From positions 12,586,001-12,650,000 of the forward strand of contig NW_024704756.1 in the NCBI RefSeq assembly GCF_018977255.1: a DNA stretch of 64,000 bases, written 5' to 3'. This stretch comes from Callorhinchus milii. Its lineage: Eukaryota. The notes below the pieces were generated by a model. The model searched no databases. It was not told where the DNA came from and was given only the letters and a program-made list of their open reading frames with translations. The first letter of the stretch is position 1; each line of letters opens with the position of its first letter. Positions 51,233-64,000 of this stretch are shown here, piece after piece. The translations under genes were made by a program, and so were the position numbers.

Positions 51233-54200
51233 GTGATGAGAAAGTGGAAAACCTGACTGATTATTTTCCCCTTTAGTTCAGGAATACTGAAGCCACATTT
51301 TAGTTCCCAGATGAGATCAGATCGCACCACACAAGGATTGAACCTGGAATTTTCAATGTGAATGGCTCAGTTTCACACCAGGTCCTGCTTTCAACACTTA
51401 TTTTATTCATTTATTCAGGACAGGAGTGGAGTCCATTATTTTTAGTTATTTGGTCAATTTTTTTTAACCCTATTATTTTGCTGTCACATCTTTTGTTGCC
51501 ATTAGCTTCAAGACGTTCAGTTTACATGTAAGTACAAGTTGTTGTTGCCATAATATCTTGTTTGCATATTTATACTGTCACCTAATTACTGGAAGTCATC
51601 TTTGATGAAATAAATTGAAATTACCCTAATTATACAAACCACTGTTGGTAAATAATGTTCAAACGCTGACTGCATTTGACTGTTATAATGGAGAACTATT
51701 GACATGATGTTTATTCAAGAATCTGAGCATTTATTATCATGTCCAAGACTGAAGCTGGAGGATATGTTGTAAACATCTGCTCGAAAAAGCAAAGTTTTTT
51801 TCCAGTTATAATTGCTAAATTGTAGTTTTTCTAAAAACAAACTATCTCAATTGAACTCACAATTCCACAGGCACCATAAGTCTTCAGTTACCTCAACAAT
51901 AACATTCACTGGTCCCATCAATTATTTTGATTTACATCGGCTCATAATTTTATATACAGTAGTTGCATTTTTGGGGTCAATAATTTGATGTTTCACATTC
52001 ATTTGATGCTAAGAAATTTAAAAAATTTCACCCCCACACTTTAAAAAAAACTCACTCTCCATGATCCTGCTAAAAGAAAAGAAAATTTCTATCGGAATAA
52101 GATGCATAACACAGCAAAAGTCACATAACCCAGCATAAAATATAATAGGAAAACACCAGGAAGTCAGCTCCAGTAGTCTTATCTTGCCAATAGTATTATA
52201 GCTGAGAGACCTGTCCAGACTGGAATTTTGATGGATGGATAAGTCAACAACCAAAGCTAAATACTATCTTTATGGAGATTAACATTTTCCTATATCTATG
52301 CAGATAATTGATTTTACAGGCCCAAAGCTTTCTGTTGCCAGTCGATGTGATTCTATGTACATTTTGTAATTTCCGATTCAGCTCCTTTTCTTTTAAATTG
52401 AAAGGTAGATTTTAAACTCAGTTTGCCTGAATGAACAAATTGATTTTGTTTTGAATTGCTACATTTCAAACTGAAACCACTGACCCCATCATATGTGATA
52501 TTGGATGTGCAGGAGCAGAGCACTCTTTGTTGTGTACAGTTTTCTTTTTTTATATATATATGTATAATCAGTGCAGGTTGTATTGTCTATCAGACTGTAT
52601 ACACCTTTGCAGTATTTCTTAAAACAAAATCACACACCAAATTTTTTTAAAAGTCACACACAAATCTTAATCAAAGTGCTACTGTTTCGTTTCAAAGCCA
52701 CACTACTGTTTTCTGCAATCATTTTCCTTTCAGAAGATCTATTGCTCTGCCAAATTGGCAGTCAACCATTATAAAGTGTCCAGGGTAACTAATCTGCCTT
52801 CTGAATATTTGCCTCCTCCTTGTTCAGAGTTGCCTACCTCTGTGGCTTCAACAAATTCGCAACTGAAATTGTGATTTGCCTTTTGGCTCCAAATGCTCTA
52901 AAACTTCATCCATCCTAATTACTGGTGACTGATTTTGGATTTACTTTGATGAATATTTGAGCTGTTGCAGGCCAGTATAAGCCATTCGAATAGGAACTGT
53001 ATATTTTGGTAAATGAATTAAACAAATTATGTAGAAGCCTAATTACAGTATGGATAAGGCAATTCAACTTGTATCCATCCTACTGTCCACTTGAACGGAA
53101 GGGATATGAGACCTCACTTTAACATTCAAAAGACGACACTTCCAAATATACAGTGAGACACTTTGAAATGGTACCGCATGAAAAAAAATGGTAATTCCCT
53201 TCATTACTTTTTGTGGGATGTTGCTGTTTGACAATGTGAGTAGGTGCTGTATCAAATGCAAGAATTATTTATCAAGATATTTCTGTCTAATATGTGATGA
53301 CTAGATTCCAGGGCTGTGGACAACATGTCCTTTCGGAACATGCCCCTTCATCATAAGAAAGCTTGGCTACCTTTGCCATAATGGCTTAAAAGTTACAATT
53401 AAAACTTATACTGTATCACTGACTCATGTTTGCTTCACTTCTACTTGTGGCTAGAATGAACACGATAGCAGAGTCAGGTGGGCAGAAAATCACAACCAAG
53501 AGAATTGTTTCATCGTGATACGCTTAAGTCAGTGTATGCTGACCATATTTAAGGATGTGCATTTCAATCTCTGCTGGGTTAGTCATTATGGTACAAGATT
53601 GTTTTGAGCATCCTTACCAGTAAGCCTGTAAATGATTAATCATGTCTGCAAAACTCCTACAGAATAACAAAAGAGGTGGTGCACTTGGCTTAAGTATAGA
53701 ATTAATAAACAGAAATTTAAGATTTAAGTTTTCTATCTGTTTCTATGAAACTGTTTATGTTGAATCATTACAGTTCATTGTGAATCTCTCTTTTAAGTGG
53801 TAACTAGTGCTTGTTCAATTGATAGTGTTTTGCTGTGTTCAGTACCCACATCAGGCTTATGCAATATGTGTTGAAGAGCTTTTTCTGTTATTTCTTGTAC
53901 TCGTATATGCTGCAGTCAAATTGAATGAAACAAAAAACATGAATACAGTGACTCGCAACTCAAATGTTTCACAAACTATTAAGTAAGAAAATAAATTGTG
54001 CAGATTGTAACCATTATTATTTCGCTGCGACCTTGGGATAACTAAAGATAATTTTACTAAAGATAATTGGGATAACTGACTGTAACCGGGAACATTCGAG
54101 AGGCATCAATGCCCACCCGACAACGAACAGCCTCTTTCTGTTACCCCAGCAGTTGTGGACCCCATTGAGTTTCTCCCAGGCTCCCAAGTCAGAGCTGGCT

Positions 54201-56210
54201 ATTGTTCCAAAGATTTCGAAATGCTATATTAACACCAGACCGGGTAGGTTTTCACAGTGCGATTTAAACTTTTCAAGGGGAAGAGCAATCTCATAAAATC
54301 CCAGCAATCACGCATCAATGGTCCTTTCATGTTGAACCATTGGCCGTTGGCATACAGCTGATGGAAGGGTGTTACTAGCTTATGATCTAAAAAAGCAATT
54401 CTGTGTGTTTGAATCCAGACTGTGTGCGTTCCAGGTGTGAGGTCTGCAATGAATGTATTCCAATTAATCGCATTTTATCAGCTGCAGAATAAATCCTGTC
54501 CAGCTTTGATCATACCATTTACTTGAAGCCAACTGGTTGTTTATTTTTTTTTGTTCCTAATTTGGATTTAGTTCTAATTTCAAGAGAAAAATGCGTTCAT
54601 GAAAGAAAATGAAACAACTGAAAAGCTAAGTGGAATATCAACCCCTTCCCCCATTGCTAAATATTCACTGTTTGTCTCTTGGAAATTAAAGGATGTGAAC
54701 CAAAATTCTGAAGTTACCTTTTTCCAGAAATGATTTCATTAAAAATATGTTGCTGGATTCATCCAGTTTAAAAAAAAAACTAATTATTGGTACATGGATC
54801 ATCATTTAATATATTTGGAGATGTGGCTAGAAATATATTAATCACAATCTGATTTATTCAAAATTGAATGTAGCTTTCATGAAGACCATAAACGTTTTAG
54901 ATAGTAGGTTATTCACATTTCTTATTCCAGTCAATACAGCCCAGATAGGATAAATAATGGATTGCTATTGACTGACATTAGCTTTTCTTAATACAATTGA
55001 AGCATCCTTTTGCTTTGCCTATAAAATACACGGTCAATTCACTTCACAGTATATTCTGTGAAGCGCTTTGAGATGCCTCGATGATATGATTAGGTGCTAT
55101 ATCAAATGCAAGGATTATTTATTATTATCCTCTCCTTCACCCCAACCCTGAGTAATTTGTTGTATTTGTGTCAATTAAACACATTCACAAGAAGCAACTT
55201 CTATGTTACTAGGGTGGATTAGAAGACAACAAAAGCAAAGTGTACAAACAATTTCAAGTAAACCCTTTTTCTTTCAAATGTATGTTCATTACATGGCTTC
55301 CAATGTGCGGTGTCAAATTATAATAGCATTAACCAAAGACCAATCTTTGTTCGTGTACTGTTGCAATTGTGTAACATGAAGGATTTTGAATGTTGAGTTA
55401 GTCCAATTGCTTTATAGTTAATCTGGAACAAACCGATTTAATGTTTACGCCAAAATCATTCAACCAACAATTTTTGATCAGAATATGAAACAATCTCTAT
55501 GTAATCGGCACCCATTTGAGTTGAATGACTTCTCACTGAATAGAGCTCATTCATGTATTCAATTGTACTTTCTTCTTGACCTGGAGGGCATTATAATGTG
55601 AAGAATAACCTTTTAAAGTTAATCTTGTAATACATCAGAGTAGTCAAATTTGCTTTTATTTGTTGAAATCTCACATGATAAAATGGAAGAACACAAGAAT
55701 TACATCACTTTTTGTTAAAATACTATGTCTGTCAAATGTGATACCCATTTTATAAATTAAATAGATCATGAATTGATAAATGACTGTCTAAACACACAAC
55801 ATTTCCTATCTACACATTTATAGCGCTTGTACATTTGGAAGTCTTTTGTAGGTGTTAGAACCAGAATTACAGCCTTGTAGCAGTCAAGTGCAGTTCCCGA
55901 TTATTCAAATGCACATGATACTATAGAGGCACAGTTTTTGTAATTACTTTGGCTTTAATAAATTTACAACATATCAACATATTTTGGCAAAGAAACAAGT
56001 GTTTTCGGTTATTTACTGTAAGATTTAAACTCAATTTATGAAACAAAACATCATGGTCACAAATAAAACTTTCAAAATGTATTCAGGTTCAAACTGATTT
56101 TTGAGTTTCATGGTGTCTTGATTTCCCTCCATCAACCCTCTGATATTGGGACCGAGCAGTAAAAGCATGTGTGACCATTGATAATAGTTATTTGCAATCA
56201 GTTGACTAGT

Positions 56211-56436
56211 TTAGCAGATCTCCTTGCTGGCATTGCCTAGGTTAGAGCTGATACCGATCTGTGGGCTTTGTGCTGCATGTTCTTTCGCTTTGAGTCTCAG
56301 GGCAGCAATACTGGATGTTTTCCTGTCTGTAGCAGATGGCTCGGGGAGAGCAGTGAAGGCCACAGGGTCCAGAGGAGGAACTGGGGGTTTAACAACTACA
56401 GACGTTGCCATTAGTGGATTCATAGCTGCGAAGAAT
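56211..56436 (-). CDS. ARX-like homeobox exon 5 (OAR domain): FFAAMNPL...DRKTSSIAALRLKAKEHAAQ...KEIC*
   Basis: ttgcag acceptor, phase 2; OAR motif SSIAALRLKAKEH; C-terminus KEIC like ARX KEVC; TAA ending at 56211. Confidence 0.95.
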
Positions 56437-57911
56437 CTGCAAGAATTAACAGGTGTGTACAGTGTCACCATAGAGACAGGGGAATATTGAACGTTTCATT
56501 TCATACACTTCCATATCGTCAACTCTGAAGTTGGCTCAGAAAAAAAAAACATATTCAAGAAAGGGATAAGTTTCTGAATGAGAATAAAAAATTCCAGCTG
56601 GTCTTTGCAAATGAGTGATTTAATAAATTATAATTTTGACTGTCTTGACGTTACATAGTATTTGATTGAATTCACCTGCTCGGAATTACGTGCACCCTAA
56701 CTCTAAAACGTGAACTTGAACGTAATTCATCTTTGTGGATATGCATCAATCACAGTTTCAAAGATTTGTATCCATAATCAACTACATAAGGTGAATACTA
56801 TTGGGTGTTCCTTTACATGTAAACCCAAGTGTTGAATCGTGCAGCTATCTTGTGTTCTTGTAACTAAATTCCACAATTAGTCTGAAAGGGCAGCGTGGCT
56901 TTCAAATGAACAACGGAAACCAAAAGACAACTGAAACTGAAGAGATCTAAAATGAGCAACTGGACCGCAAACAATGACTATTTCCCCTTGGGTGAAATGA
57001 TGAAAAGAACTTTACGTTATTCACAAATTGAATGATTGCACCTACATTGCCTTCATCTGTAACATATTTGAGTAGCCCATAAGTAGGCATTCAATCATTT
57101 GTCGGTAGAATATTATTGCACTTTTGTTGTTATCTTTGTTATCGTTGCAATATCAATGAAAATGTTAATGCCCTCGGTTATCAGTTATTAATATTGTAGT
57201 TATTTCCCGATTTATATTCAACAATATTTCACTTTGTTGAAACGGCATTGATAACAAAGGTTAAGTGGCCAACCATGTTTGAATTGAATGAATTGTCACA
57301 GTAGATCGCAATTATACACTAAAGAGAGTCATCCTTTCCCCTTCATACAGAATTTGTGGCTATCAACTGCAACAAATTACATTTGTATAAACTTCTACCC
57401 TGCCACATACACACGCACACACACATAAATTGTAACTTGGATATGAGTATATATTTAATTGAAAAAAGGCAGTTACAAAATTAACTCAATTTATTTTCTA
57501 ATAGAACTCATTCCAGGTGTAATTCCCTTCACCAAAAGAAAGTCGTGTCATGTGATACCATCATTTTAGTGAAAAGGATAACTCTATTACCATCATAACC
57601 TGATTGGATGAACAGTACATAGTTAGTGTTTATCCGCCCTAATTTTCTCCCATAAAATGCAGTCAATTCGCTTTACAATATATTCTGTGAAGCGCTTTAA
57701 GATGTCTCAACAGCTTGATAAGGCACTATACCAAATCCAAGTATTATTATTATTATTTATTTTTTAAAAATGTCACTGACCTCACCAGGCAGCATCTTAC
57801 AATAGCTACTCAAATCTTCACTTTGAGCCATAATAACCGATTGGGAAGTAGGGAGTCTTCAAACTAAGAAGACAAAGTTGTGCCTTGGTGGGTGGGGGAG
57901 ATCCAACTTAC

Positions 57912-58186
57912 CTTCCAAAGTGCGGGCTGAGGAGTGGGTTTCTGAAGAAGGTGGCCCCTATGAAGGTGCTGATGCCCAGTTGGGCTGCTGGGCTGAGAGC
58001 AGCTGTGGGTGCATTCAGTGCAGGGAGAGCAGCTGATCGCCAGGTGGGCTCCAGACCAGACGAATGACTCAAAGGCACATCCAGATACAGCCCCAGTGGG
58101 CTGGCCAAGGACAAGCCGTGGGGATGACTCAGGTTTCCTGCCTTTTCACGCTTTCTCCACTTCGCCCGACGGTTTTGAAACCAAAC
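57912..58186 (-). CDS. ARX-like homeobox exon 4: VWFQNRRAKWRKREKAG...FRNPLLSPHFG
   Basis: ccaag/GTAAGT, 275 nt; Q50 helix 3. Confidence 0.95.
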
Positions 58187-59539
58187 CTTGGAGAAGGCGA
58201 CATAACAAAAGATTAGGAGCTAACCACATACATAAAAGTGATACATCATCCTCTCACTACACTACAAAGCTGGTCGCTGGCACAGCTAATAGCAGTTTTG
58301 TTTATCAATGTGTCACTGTCATTAATAGTGAAACTCATTTCAACTTAACTGTTGTTAAAGAGTGTTACTTCCAGATTGGAAAACCTCAGGAACCCAATTG
58401 TTTATATATATATATATTATATCTATGTACACACACAATATAATATGTATATATAGTTCCGCTTATTTTCCTTTGGCTTTTAATTATTTGAGATTCCACA
58501 AAAGGCTAAAGAAAATCAAATTAATTTAGTAGCCCATTTGTAACACCTTGGATTTCCCCCTTATAGCAATAATAATAATTAATAATAATAAAAAAAACCA
58601 TGAAAACAGGGCGGGCAATTGTCAACGGCAACGAAGATTTGCTTATCACAGCACATAGTTTAAGGTGGAGATGGTGCAAAACTTTTATTCAACTTTTTTC
58701 CTTTTCTGAATCATGCCAAAACTTCGATGGGACCAGAATACCGCGGGTTTAATCTGGTTGAGGATCCATACGAAATAATTTTTCCGCTTAAAGTTTCCAT
58801 TGTAAGAATTCTCCCCCAAACATCCGTAGACAGACAGACCAGTCGGCACAAATGCGCATTGCTTTCATCTCTGGGACTCGAGTTTAAGTGCCATTCTGAC
58901 AGCGTAATGAATAAAGGTGTCCAGTTTCCCGCAATGGCAATGTGTGTGTGTGTGTGTGTGGGTTTTTTTTTTGGGCGATCTCGTCTGGAGCCCAAAGAGG
59001 AGATACAAGTTCACAACCCCAAACAGTTTAAGATTGGCATTGAGGAGGCGCACATTTGTGGGGGAAGAATTGGGGGAGAAATATCAGAGCATCAAACGTA
59101 CAGAAAAGCCCAGGTGGAGGAATCCGAGCAAGTTGTCTGTTAGGAGGTTGTTTTTTTTTATTAACTGGACACCTTCTGACAAGGTGGCAACTGAATTGAC
59201 GTACACTTTGCTACATCACTGGGAATAATGACATTTTAATGAAAGTTACAGTCGCCCACTCCGGCCCCAATAATCAAAATGCTTCTGTGTATCTAAAAAA
59301 AAATCAACTGGTGCCAAATATCGTGTTTAAACAGGTGTGTTTTGCCATTGGTAATACGAAACAAAGATAGCTCATTAAGCTAAATCATCCGATCGGTTGC
59401 AATAATAGGGCTGGAAGGATGACAAAAAAAACGTGTTCCTTTCTGCACCAGTAATCTGGGCATTTGGTAAGAATCTAATTAACTACAATTGTGTGCGAAA
59501 TCTGGGGATGCGGCACAGAGTGGGTACTTTATGTGCCCG

Positions 59540-59663
59540 TACAGGGGACCCTGTACAGTCGTGATAACTATTTATTTTAATAATAATTACCCTAATTCGT
59601 CATCGTTTCTCTAAAGACTTATCAGACGTCGTAATGGTATCACGACTTTTTGGTCTCCCTGTA
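59540..59663. mobile_element. Putative ~120-bp MITE (Tc1/mariner-like) with TA flanks
   Basis: Left TA-CAGGGGACCCTGTACAGTCGTGATAACTATT versus reverse complement of right end TA-CAGGGAGACCAAAAAGTCGTGATACCATT. Confidence 0.5.
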
Positions 59664-59679
59664 GAGAGCACTGTTTTAT

Positions 59680-60000
59680 TTATATATACATTCATATATA
59701 TATATATATATAGCGATTAAAATATATTTTCCCGACACATTTCATGACGAAGAATTTTCTGCAAACGGAATTAGTCTATTCCAATGCCATTCACACACAC
59801 ACAATATATATAACATACACACACATAATATATATAATAATATAACATACACACACATAAATAATATATAATACACACACACACATATAATAATATATAT
59901 AATATGCACACACACAATATACACACACGTTATATATAATATACACACACACATAATATATAATATATATACACAGACACACACACACACACACACACCA
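59680..60000. repeat. (AT)n/(AC)n compound microsatellite
   Basis: Direct reading. Confidence 0.9.
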
Positions 60001-60437
60001 TATGGTTTATGTTCAGCTAAACTCCCAAATAGTATGTTGTCATTTCGCCAGCCCCTGGAGAACAGAAACTTTTTAATGCATTGCACACCGAATGCCGACA
60101 AAATTAACTTTGATGTGGAGCGGCCAAATGGAGTGAGGAATGTTTAAATAACCTTTTTCACTTCAGAGCAGTTTCAACGCCGCCGCAAGAGGAAAGGCAA
60201 CTGGTCCGAGTCCTCGGCTCTCGGTTATTTTAATCGCAGTGGGATTTTTTTTTTTTTTTTTGGGGGGGGATACCTTCTCTTTCATGTGGTTTCTTTGATT
60301 TACGACCGTTTAAAGGGGTGTGTGGGTGGGGGGGGGGGGGTTGTGAGCAATCTGGTCGTTGTTAAGTGCAAATGCAACCCCTCACTGGAAGAACACGAGC
60401 AAATCTTGATGTCAAGAATTCAGCAAAGAGAAAGCGT

Positions 60438-60540
60438 TTCTCTCTCTCTCTATCTGTCTCTCTCTCTCTATCTCTCTCTCTGCTCTCTATCTCTCTCTCT
60501 CTGTCTCTCTCTCTCTCTCTCTGTCTGTCTGTCTCTGCTC
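60438..60540. repeat. (TC)n microsatellite
   Basis: Direct reading. Confidence 0.9.
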
Positions 60541-60829
60541 CTCTCCCCTGAATATTGACCGCTTTAGCATCTGAAGGGGGAATTTTCACCCACATTTCTT
60601 GACGATTTTGAACACCGTATTGGCTCAGGCAATTGCAAAGTCACTACACACTTTCGCACTGGAGCCTGCCAAGCCTCTGAGAAACCGACCCCCCCCCCCC
60701 CCCCCACCACCCCCGTATCGAATGCAAAGATTATTATAATAGCAATAAATAGATATGCTCTTCTCTCTCACCCCCACCCCCCACCAAAATAAAATTAAGT
60801 TCATTTTCAGTGACAGAGAACACACTCAC

Positions 60830-60875
60830 CTGTACTCTGGCTTCTGTTAAATCGAGGCGCATGGCCAAATCTTCT
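60830..60875 (-). CDS. ARX-like homeobox exon 3 (46 nt): (R)EDLAMRLDLTEARVQ
   Basis: cccag/GTGAGT; small internal homeobox exon as in ARX; not captured by the ORF track. Confidence 0.95.
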
Positions 60876-61933
60876 CTGGGAAGAGACACAGAGGGTTATT
60901 TTTTTTCCCCCCCCAAATAAAAATATATGTAAGTAACTAAATAAAACAACTGCCCCTTCCTTTCTCCCTCTCTCTCTCTCTCTCTCTCTCCACCACCACC
61001 ACCACCACCCAATAAAGACTGCCTTGAAATGTCTGGGTTTCAGTTCATATTTTCCTTTCCATTCCTTAATATTAACAGTCATTTCTTTCTGCAAAACAAT
61101 TGAGACCGTTTCCAGAAAAGTCGGCACCGGATTGAACTCGAATGTGCAGCGATTCCCTCTGAACAGTCAAAAACCCCCTCTGCCACCGGTCAAGAAATAA
61201 ACACAAGTTGAAAGACGTCAGACCCACAATTTCTGGATACGGTTTATCATTATCCATTACGCACGATTTTTCTTTCTTTGCAATTCTTGGCAATAAAGAT
61301 GCTTTCCCCCCCCCCCAAAAAAATAATAATAATATAATAAAATAAAAATAATGAATACGTATAAATAGCACCAAAAAAAAAATCCCCACCTACACAGACA
61401 CCTGAAATGATCTCAGGTATCAATCGTTAGCACCTGAACTCGCACATTAATCACCAAATAAACTCCTTTTCCCTTAAAACTACCCCTTCCCCCCCCCTCC
61501 AAAAAAAAACTACCCCTATTCATCGGATGTGGTTAAAACCTACACTTTCTTTCTAAAGCGGTGGTGGACTTTATTCACGTCTCGTAAAATAAAGTTATCC
61601 CTTTGAGGACACGGTTTGAAACGATCCTAATTTGGGAGACGGTGTGTTATTTGGGGTATTTGTGTGTGTGTGGGGTTGGGGTTGGGGTTGGGAGGGGGGA
61701 GAGAGAGGGGGAAAAAAAGGGAGTTGGGGTGTTTTTTTTTCACTTGGAAGTTGGGAAGTTCGGGTGACTGTGTGGAGAGAGAGAGAAAAAAAAGTTCTTG
61801 CGGTTGGGAAAGAGAGAGAGAGAGAGAGAGAGGGAGAAAAGGAAAAGAGAAAAAAAAGGGAAAAGGATGGGACCGAATGGCCAACAACAACGCCGCAGGT
61901 CCATATATATATATTTTTTATTTATATATATAC

Positions 61934-62351
61934 CTCGTGAACACGTCCGGGTAGTGGGTCTTCCTGAAGGACCTCTCCAGTTCCTCCAACTGGAAGTTGG
62001 TGAAAGTGGTTCGGTAGCGCCGCTGCTTTCGTTTGGACGGACCCTCCTCCCGGTCCCGAACGGCTGCGAAGCGGTCAACCGCCCCGTCCCGACACCGGGC
62101 GTCGCTCCCTCTGGGCTCCGGGTGCGCGCCGACGCCGCCGTCGTCGTCGTCGTCCGACTCGGCCCTCTCCAAGGGCGCGGGAGCGTCTCCCAGCGCCTCC
62201 CGGGCCCTCTCGCTCTCGCCCGGTCTTCGGCTGCGTCCCGTCACCGCCGGGTCGGTGGAAGGCTTCTGAGACCGGTCCCTGACCCGAGGAGGACTCGGGT
62301 CGGAGTGGCGCCGCGCGTCCATTCCGCGAGTCGCTCTTTCTGTGAACCGAT
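61934..62351 (-). CDS. ARX-like homeobox exon 2: ...acidic ESDDDDG...[33 protein letters not shown]
   Basis: tttaag/GTATAT, 418 nt, phases 1 to 2; paired-class homeodomain N-terminal half. Confidence 0.93.
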
Positions 62352-62394
62352 CTTAAATGGGGGGAAAAAAATGAAACAAAAAAAAGAGAGTGAA

Positions 62395-63296
62395 AACCCC
62401 CACCAACCAACCCCCCAAACCCCATCCCATCGCCACCACCTCCCCACCAAACCCCATCCCCACCACCTCCCCCACAACCCCCAACCCCATCCCATCCCCA
62501 CCACCTCCCCCCCCCACCCCACCACCTCCCCCACAACCCCCAACCCATCCCATCCCCACCACCTCCCCCCCACCCCAACCCCCAAACCCCATCCCATCCC
62601 CACCACCTCCCCCCCCACCCCACCCCCAAACCCCATCCATCCCCACCACCTCCCCCCCACCCAACCCCCCAAACCCCATCCCATCCCACCACCTCCCCCC
62701 CACCCCCCAAACCCCATCCCATCCCCACCCCCCCCCCCCAACCCCATCCATCCCCACCACCTCCCCCAACCCCCAAACCCCATCCCCACCACCTCCCCCC
62801 CCCCCACACCCCCCAAACCCCATCCCATCCCCACCACCTCCCCCCCCACCCCAACCCCCAAACCCCATCCCATCGCCACCACCTCCCCCCAACCCCATCC
62901 CCACCACCTCCCCCACAACCCCCAAACCCCATCCCATCCCCACCACCTCCCCCCACCAACCAACCCCCAAACCCCATCCCATCCCCACCACCTCCCCCCC
63001 ACCCCAACCCCCCAAACCCCATCCCATCCCCACCACCTCCCCCCAAACCCCATCCCCACCACCTCCCCCCACCCCAACCCCCCAAACCCCATCCCATCCC
63101 ACCACCTCCCCCACAACCCCCAAACCCCATCCCATCCCCACCACCTCCCCTCCAACCCCCAAACCCCATTCCATCCCCACCACCTCCCCCAACCCCCCAA
63201 ACCCCATCCCATCCCCACCACCTCCCCCCCAACCCCCAAACCCCATCCCATCCCCACCCCATCCCCACCACCTCCCCCCCAAACCCCATCCCCATC
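62395..63296. repeat. C-rich minisatellite (CCCCATCCCATCCCCACCACCTCCCCCC...ACCCCCAAA units) in ARX-like intron 1
   Basis: Roughly 20+ visible degenerate units; source of spurious Pro/Gly/Trp ORFs. Confidence 0.95.
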
Positions 63297-63588
63297 GTTA
63301 ACGTTGTTCGAAAGAACTTTTGCAAAAAAAAATTTGCTTTCGTGATATTTTTTTTTCCAAATTTTTTTTTCCCCCCATTTTTCTTGAAAAAAAAACGAAA
63401 GTTGACGGTTGGGGCCATTTCCATTTTCGTTCGCGCGTCGCTTTTTTTTTTTTTGGAAGCGTTTTTTTTTTAACGCAATCCCGTTCACGATATATCATAT
63501 GATTTTTTATATACGTATAATATTAATATTAATATCATATATATATAGATATAAAAAAGCCACGTCAATCAATCGAATCGAAACCTAC

Positions 63589-63847
63589 CCTCAGCTTCAA
63601 CCGTCGCATCCTCTCGAAACGATTCCCTCCCGGACTCCTGGATATCCATCACCATTTCGGTCTCCAGTTGCTTTCTGGTTCTGGGAGGAGATGGGGGGAC
63701 ATCTTCTCGTCGAACGGATGGGCCATTTCGCCCCAAGATGCTGTCTATCAGGTAGGAGGAGAGCAGAGGGAAGTGCTGGGGTTTCCTGGAGCAGTCGGAG
63801 TGCACACTCCCAGGAGCAGAGCCTGAGCCGCTGTATTGGGTTTTCAT
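63589..63847 (-). CDS. ARX-like homeobox exon 1 with eh1/octapeptide LLSSYLIDSILGR
   Basis: ATG at 63847; MKTQY...LLSSYLIDSILGR versus ARX MSNQY...LLSSYCIDSILGR; phase-1 donor G|GTAGGT. Spliced CDS 1224 nt = 407 aa. Confidence 0.93.
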
Positions 63848-64000
63848 GGCACAGGGGTTCTGTCAAAACTGTCAGTGGATCAACTTTCTAACCAAAGACA
63901 TCACAACACGTCTGTGTCAGGGAAGGGGAGGGGAGGGGAGGGGGTGGGGGTGGGGGGGGGGGGGGGGGATGGGGGAAGGGGTGGGAGGGAGGGAGGGATG

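Noticed and set aside
54033-54078. Small local duplication (ttgggataact / actaaagataatt)
   Set aside because: Short slippage duplication with no further structure.
26000-56000. Short 60-110 aa ORFs in the gene desert
   Set aside because: No splice-consistent chains or recognisable domains; several overlap repeats.
61798-63488. Several 300-515 aa Pro/His- or Gly/Trp-rich ORFs
   Set aside because: Products of the intronic minisatellite; open in many frames on both strands, no domain.
56211-63847. Calling the gene canonical ARX
   Set aside because: Five homeodomain substitutions, divergent linkers and FAM199X rather than POLA1 as neighbour; symbol left blank.

Overview
Eukaryotic (vertebrate) genomic DNA. 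The repeat content (tRNA/Deu-type SINEs, L2/CR1 LINE fragments, a Penelope-type remnant) suggests a cartilaginous fish, possibly a chimaera; this is an inference. Four spliced protein-coding genes were reconstructed by hand with GT-AG boundaries and consistent phases: (1) the first coding exon of a LONRF-family RING/TPR gene, most like LONRF3 (minus strand, rest off the left edge); (2) a complete 7-coding-exon COMMD5 (minus, 207 aa); (3) a complete FAM199X (plus, 379 aa), head-to-head with COMMD5 across a CpG-island bidirectional promoter; (4) after a ~30 kb gene desert, a complete 5-exon ARX-like paired-class homeobox gene (minus, 407 aa; eh1 octapeptide, Q50 homeodomain, OAR). Main points of interest: the ARX-like gene is a diverged ARX paralogue in the position and orientation of mammalian ESX1; COMMD5 is intron-containing; a tRNA-Glu/L2-tail chimera and a hammerhead-like motif lie in COMMD5 intron 1; FAM199X has a recursive-splice-like exon; and the LONRF exon may lack an AUG start. 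The long Pro/Gly-rich ORFs in the track come from C/G-rich tandem repeats. All family assignments are from memory of the protein/repeat families, not database searches.
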